This document shows, piece by piece, positions 57,783 to 64,000 of a DNA stretch of 64,000 bases (position 1 is the stretch's first letter; each line of letters begins with the position of its first letter). This DNA is from Selaginella moellendorffii. Its lineage: Eukaryota; Plantae; Lycopodiophyta. Made by a program: the position numbers and the translations under genes. The stretch spans positions 308,586 through 372,585 of the forward strand of contig NW_003314320.1 in the NCBI RefSeq assembly GCF_000143415.4. The letters are read 5' to 3'. The notes under the pieces were generated by a model. It saw nothing but the letters and a program-made list of their open reading frames with translations, did not search any database and was not told the origin of the DNA.

Positions 57783-58119
57783 CCTGAGACTGCCGGCTAC
57801 TAAGTGATCACATAATTCTTTCATTTTATAGTAAGTAACACGTTAACAAAATATCAAAAATGCTAAGCCAAGCGAGCCGGGAATCTGTAAAGTGGTCTTA
57901 GATTAAAACGGTATTATAAAGCGAGCTTAGATTAAAACGGTATATCGTCCTGCTTTTAGAGAGGAGTAATCTAGATTAATAAAAGGAGTAATTGTCGTCT
58001 TAGCAAGCGTTATGTTCTCTAGAAGGAACAAAACGTCCCTGAAAGACTTACGAGTGAACTGTTTTTATTGATGATGAGTTTACTGGCACGATCGAAGCTC
58101 CGATCGAAGGATGGATCTA

Positions 58120-58383
58120 TCAAGCATAGACGGGGCAATTGGAGCTGCTGCAAGGTCCCTTGCAAGTGCATCGACCATAGGAGCAGCTTCCAGAGTGGCA
58201 CCTCTCGCAGTGCTCGCCGTGGCTCACAAAGTGGCAAAGCTTACAGTAGTCCTTGCACTTGAGGCCACCAAAAAAGCAGGTATACCTCCTGTAACATTTG
58301 GCTTCCTCATGCGCTCCCTCAATCACCATGGCTGCCACAAGAAAGATCGCTGCCAGCATTAAAAGAAACATCACAAACTTCAT
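58120..58383 (-). CDS. Secreted 12-Cys defensin/macin-like peptide, copy 2
   Basis: Signal peptide MKFVMFLLMLAAIFLVAAMVIEG; mature ..KCYRRYTCFFGGLKCKDYCKLCHFVSHGEHCERCHSGSCSYGRCTCKGPCSSSNCPVYA; same Cys spacing as copy 1. Confidence 0.85.
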   Translation of the reverse strand: MKFVMFLLMLAAIFLVAAMVIEGAHEEAKCYRRYTCFFGGLKCKDYCKLCHFVSHGEHCERCHSGSCSYGRCTCKGPCSSSNCPVYA

Positions 58384-58426
58384 TGTCAAGAGCAAGAAAA
58401 CCAAGCAAAGAATGCCTACAAGATGG

Positions 58427-58468
58427 CTCTCTCTCTCTCTCTCTCTCAATATATATATATATATATAT
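58427..58468. repeat. (CT)n(AT)n compound microsatellite upstream of peptide copy 2
   Basis: Direct reading. Confidence 0.9.
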
Positions 58469-58554
58469 GGTGTGCTGCTATAGTAATATTTTCTTTCATT
58501 CATCTCAGGTGAGACGATCTTCAATAATTATATTCTGTACATGTTCTCGAATGG

Positions 58555-60204
58555 TTAGATCTTGGAGTGCTCGCATCTGCTAGACTTGCCCAGAGCCACA
58601 GCGGTCTTGGAGCCCGACTGGCGCCCCAGGTGCTGCGAGATAAACTCTCCAGCAGCGAGAACCAAGCTCAAGTCCACGTTTGTGGAGACGCCCAGCCCGT
58701 TTAGAAGATAGATCACGTCCTCCGTCGCTACGTTCCCAGACGCGCCTTTCGCGTAGGGGCAGCCACCGAGCCCTGACACGGACGAATCCACGGTGCTCAC
58801 TCCCATCTAAAACAAATCCACAGAGCTCATTCCCTACTCGAGAAGAAACGAGAAAAAAGCGAAGAGTGAATTGATCACTCACTTGTAAAGCTACGAGGAT
58901 ATTGGACAAGGCTTGACCATACGTGTCGTGCATGTGTACGGCTAGATTCTCCACTGGAACGACGGACATTACTGCCTCGAGCATCGGCACCAAAGTTCCT
59001 GCCAATCGTTCCAAGCTTTAGATAATAAAAGAGTGATTTTTCCTTACCCGGGGTTCCAACGCCAATCGTATCACCCAGAGAGATTTCGCTGCAACCCATT
59101 CGGTAGAGCTCGCCAGCAACGTATCCAACTTTGTGGGGAGGAACCGGGCCTTCGATCGGGCAGCCTACAACACAAGAGATGTACCTTGAAGAAGGAATGA
59201 TATGCAGTGAGAAAAAATGAAAGCAGAATTCGTTCTCTCTTTTTTTTTGTGAAAGATAAAACGAGCCTCTTAGCTTACCCTCGGACAGAGATGCCGTGCT
59301 GCTTTGCTAGATCACAGACCTGTTTGTAGCGCTCCAGGCTCTCGCTGATGGTGCAATTTATGTTTGCCTTGGAGAATGACTCGGAGGCTGCTGCGAAAAC
59401 TGCTACGTCTCTTGCTCCAGCATCCAGTGCTGCTTGAAAACCCTGAGGTGCAGCATGGATGCTACTAGACCTTATTCTAAGCGAAAGAAAGAAAGAAAGA
59501 AAGAAAGAAATCAAGAGTACCTTGACGTTTGGCGTGAGGACTGGAAACTTGCTCCCTTGGAGAGCTTTGATGGCATGCAAAACCTCCTTGGCATCCGAGA
59601 GCTACAACAAAAGGAAGTTTTCATGTCGTTTACAACAAACTGGCAACAAACTGGAAATTTGTTACCTGTGGAACCCATTTGGGCGAGACAAAGCTGGTGG
59701 CCTCGACGACTTGGAGGCCGGAAGCACAGAGCTTTCGTATAAGCTCAACTTTGATGTGAGTTGGAACAATCTTCTTTTCGTTTTGCAGCCCGTCTCGAGG
59801 CCCGACCTCGACGATCTTCACAAACTCTGGCATGCTACCAAATATCTACATTTTCAAACAAAACGACATGAAGCGTAGAAAAAGAAACATCGAGATATAA
59901 GTTAAAAGTTACCCTTGGCTTTGGACGCTCCGTGCTGAAATAGCGGCTGGAAGAGCGAAACAAGCCTCCGGAAGAAGCCCAGAACCCTTGCTCGCTCGCT
60001 GAAGAAGATGGAAAGCTGAAGGATTGGTACAGTCCCCTTTGTGACGGCCTCCACTGTGAATCATCACTACTGGAAAAGAAAAAAAAAACTAAGCAACTAA
60101 AAACTCGTGCAAAATGGAAGAAAATTTCACCTTGAGTTGCCGAAGCCCTCCCTGGCGAGCAAGCACGGCCTCCAGGCTGCGGAGAAGGAATCGGAGGAAT
60201 CCAT
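58555..60204 (-). CDS. HMGCL: 3-hydroxy-3-methylglutaryl-CoA lyase (multi-exon)
   Basis: [72 protein letters not shown]; C-terminal SKI (PTS1-like). Start inferred. Confidence 0.96.
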
Positions 60205-60448
60205 GGCGGGCGACACACCATGAGAGCCGAGCCACGCCCTGATTGTGGCCTGCGGAGCAGTGATCCTGGGAAGCCGCATCACAAAGACATTCTACTCTCG
60301 CCCTCGATTTGGAGTGTCGCCCTACCCTACCTACCCAAGTCTCGGGATTTCTTATGTCTATACAGTCAATTCTGGAAGAATTTTCATCTCTCTCTTTTTC
60401 TTACATTTGTGCGAATGCCATGAAAAATCAAAAACATTATTAAACGAG

Positions 60449-60660
60449 TACTTGCCCAACAAATGCTGGGTGGTTTACAAAGAGGTTCAATATAAAACTT
60501 TTTTATAAACAATGTTAATTGTAAAAATAGAAAGATCTTGGGGAAGGAAGTGGCTTTAGCATGTGGTGTTTTGAACTTTAATTCCAAATCCACGTGGTGA
60601 TATGCATCTTGATAAAGCCACATAAAGTTGCCCATGAGTGAAAATTGGGTGGGGCAAGTA
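60449..60660. mobile_element. Possible ~210-bp MITE with TA flanks
   Basis: TA-cttgcccaacaaat ... attgggtggggcaag-TA imperfect terminal inverted repeats. Confidence 0.4.
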
Positions 60661-60689
60661 AACTCTAACTTAGTTAAATGTCTGTCTTT

Positions 60690-63600
60690 GGCATTTGGAA
60701 TTTGTTAAATAGTAACCCAAACGAATTGGAAATTATCATCTGAACATTTTGAATGGAATTTATGTATTTAATGGTATTAGTGTGATATGTGGGATAAAGA
60801 TGGTAAATTTTTAAAATTTTCACCATTTCCAATTTTGAGAAGCCATTCAAACCATGATTTATCACTTTTAGCAAGTTGCATATTTGTTTTCAAAGATAAC
60901 TTTCTCAATAATCCCCATAATTTATTCATTCTTATAGAACTTGAAATAATTTATGCCCCATGTCCATGTGGAATGATTGGAAGTGTTTGTTTAAAGTCCC
61001 CGCTAATGACAACAATTATGCCACCAAAAGGTAATAATGTATTTTTTAGGTCTCACAACACTCGATTAACAGTAGTGAATGCATGAGTGTGAACCATATT
61101 TATTTCATCCCATAACAATATGTTAGTAGTTTTGATTTTTATACCTACTTCACTATTAACAGTTATAGTGGAAGTTGATGTTTCATTTATTGGAACAGGA
61201 GGTTTAAAAGTAGTATGTAAAATTCGGCCATTATAAAGTAAAGTACTTGTAATTACTGTCCAAACCATGCTAACAACATTTATTTTTTTCAGTTGTAAAA
61301 TATTTATAAGAATGTTAAGAAGAAATATTTTACCAGTACCACCAGGGCCATCAATGAAAATGTATCGATTATGCTCAGTTGGGTGATCAATAACATTAAG
61401 AATATCATTAAAAATATTTAACTGTTCTTGATTAAATCGAGGAATATTTTGTTCAACATTTTGATATATTTATGTTGAGTTGACAATATTTTCATCATCA
61501 AAATTTTCAAACGTAAAGGTAGATAGTAGTTTTGATTAATTTTGCCATGCATTTTCATTTTAATATTTATATCATGTAAAGCATGTTCATAATGAAAAAT
61601 TAGATTTTTTTGCATGAAATCCTCAAAGAGGAAGTCTTTAAATTTATCCCATAAGAAGTAAGGATCTTTTGGAGTGCAAAAGATACAAAGTAATACAAAT
61701 AATTGTCTTAATTGTGATGGTATTTTAAAAAAGTAAGCATCTTCTAAACATTTTTCCCATTTGGTATCATCAGCTATAATCCCCATTGCATTTGCAACTT
61801 GTTGAAACGTGTCATAATAAATATTGTTAACTGTATTGAGATCTTTGAAAGATGTAACACCTTTTTTATGGAGTAAAATAAGACGTAAATGATATAGTTC
61901 AACATTAGATAGAGACATAGAATATATTCGGGGAATGACATTTCTTGTATGTCAAATTTGCTAGTTATGAGTATGAGCGTTAAATGTATAATATAAAGGG
62001 ATCTCAGGATATGTATATTGTCTAGCATTTGGGTCATTTATATTTAATTCAAACTATTTTGTCAACATCATAGCTCTTTGAAGTGTCATTTGTTCAGAAC
62101 CTTCTATAAAATAAACATTTTGAAATTTTGGAAAATGGATACGGATTATAGGGATCGAACGACTATGCATTTTAAATTTAAAAAGTCTCTATATTGCCTT
62201 TAGAGCAGATTCATAACGTGCTTTATAAAATATTGAAATAAATATTTAATACTTTTTATAGTAGCACAAATTTCAATATTAATATGAGCATTATATTTTT
62301 TACAAAGGTATTTATTATAAGGCACTACCCAACGATTATCAATATAACACCCACTTTTTATATATATACAGCTATTATCAGGTCTATAATAATTTGGATA
62401 TCCATCAACACTAAAAGTAATTTTGTAATTAAATTTTTTCTGATAACCTTTTGAGCAAGTGCCATTTTTCATGCAAAGACTATTAGAATAAAGAGGCTCA
62501 CATGGATCATGTATCATATGAGATGTAATTATTTTAGAAATTTCAAGTTCATTTTGAGGATCAAGCAATTGTGCCGTTATATATTGGTCAATAACATCAT
62601 GGTCTTTAATCTTGTTTTCATAAGATAAAATCCCTAGAAAGTGACAATGTGGAAGGCCTCTTTTTTGAAATTCAATTACATATATAAAAGCAATACAATT
62701 TCCAAAAATATATTTTTTAGTAATATCATTCAAAAATTCTTTAAGCTTGATATGAAATGCTCTAGAAACCAAGTTTGGACGATCCTCAGTGCCTTCATTT
62801 GGATGTAAGTTTTAGCCATTTAGCATTGCATGTAAAAGTAATGAAAAGATTTGGCTTTGAAAAATGAGTAACTATAGCTATTGCATCTTGATAATTTTGT
62901 TGTATTGCTCTAGGGCCACCCCCAAAACTTGAAGGTAAAATAACAATCTTGCCTGGATTTATATTTTCATTAATAGCACAGTTTGCACCATAATCCATAA
63001 GATCAGTATACATTTCAACTTGCAATTGTTTCTAATGAGTGCGATAGTAATTCAAATTATTGCTTTCAACTTTTACATAAGCATCAACTATATATTGTTG
63101 TGTGAGTCTTTCTGCATGTAAAATTAAATTAAAACCAAAGTGTATTGTGTCTCTTATAGATAAATGGTATGCATAATATTGGAGTAATGTAATTCAACAT
63201 CTGGAATTAAAAATATTTTTATGCCAACCTTTGTCACCAAAAGGAAATATTAATGGGTAAACCATTGGATCACAATTATAATCAAGTGTTGAGATACATT
63301 TAGAATTGCTTACAGTTGGATATATACAAATTTCACGACTATGTGGCGGTTCTCCATCATCACTAACAAACACAACAGCATCATTTGTCCGTGGAGCATT
63401 ATAGCGTTGTGGATTAGTTCCTTCAGTTTTTAATAACATGTAAACACCACATATAAGATAACCTAAAAGTGTAGCAAAAAAAATTTCTTCTTGTTCCATT
63501 TCATACATCATTTTGAAAGCTTGAGCATATGGGTTAACATGACAAAGGAGAGCATCAAGATGTTTAAGTAAGTTTGTCTCACGGCTTGAATTAAAAGGGT

Positions 63601-64000
63601 TTTGCTTTCTTATATCTATAGCTTCTAGAGTATCAAGCATATAAAGTTGTCCATAGGTTCAATATTGACCTTCAGAAGGATGTGCTGAAACAATATTATG
63701 ATATATTTGACCATGGATTTTAAAGCAATAAAGACCATGACCTTTTACAATATTAATATTAGAAGACATAGATGCAAAAGCAAGAGCACTATTGTAGTGT
63801 CTAATATTTGTTTTAAAATTAGAGTTCTTATTTTGCTTGTAAAGTGAAAGTAAATCAAATGGTAAAGGTGAAATTGGAGGTAATATAACTTGGTTATTCT
63901 AGCAACACATTGAAGAGTTTTCATCTTTAAAATGCAATGCATTACAAAAAGTACAAACAAATGATAAACTACCAATATTAAAATTTATTATGTTAAAGTC
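60690..64000 (-). mobile_element. Decayed Helitron Rep/Pif1 helicase (frameshifted, 3'-truncated; runs off the right edge)
   Basis: CDPMVYPLIFPFGDKGW, ILPSSFGGGPR..QQNYQDA, LFITFTCN, HUH motif YVIEFQKRGLPHCH, IDNRWVVPYN, FIDGPGGTGK, WDEINM, FGGIIVVISGDFKQTLPII and WLLKIGNG, split across frames. Confidence 0.95.

Overview
Eukaryotic land-plant nuclear DNA. Very short (~50-60 bp) introns, tightly packed genes and intronless PLS-class PPR genes suggest a lycophyte such as Selaginella (inference). Gene-rich blocks contain: the 5' part of a HAC1/CBP-p300 acetyltransferase, a WD40 gene, a disrupted mitochondrial-type DnaJ, a full-size ABCG/PDR transporter, three PPR genes (one with a DYW deaminase), an intronless TPR+SET protein, a UbiA/DGGGP-synthase-like prenyltransferase, tRNA-Leu(CAA), PSRP4/bTHX, RMT2, a BIG BROTHER-related RING E3, an XTH and HMG-CoA lyase. 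AT-rich accessory blocks (about 3.6-14.3 kb, 36.9-50.2 kb, 60.4-64 kb) hold a foldback element, decayed retrotransposon sequence, two copies of one LTR and a decayed Helitron. The most interesting items are (1) an intact, intronless, GC-rich P-loop NTPase + PD-(D/E)xK-like gene with a Crinkler/RHS-effector-type architecture, isolated in decayed DNA (9895-11829); (2) a tandem pair of secreted 12-Cys peptides with a shared framework resembling animal macin antimicrobial peptides (57546-58383); and (3) a TATA-preceded, G:U-rich hairpin that looks like a MIRNA gene (30212-30429). No database searches were possible. Exon boundaries were read by eye, and family calls rest on remembered motifs.
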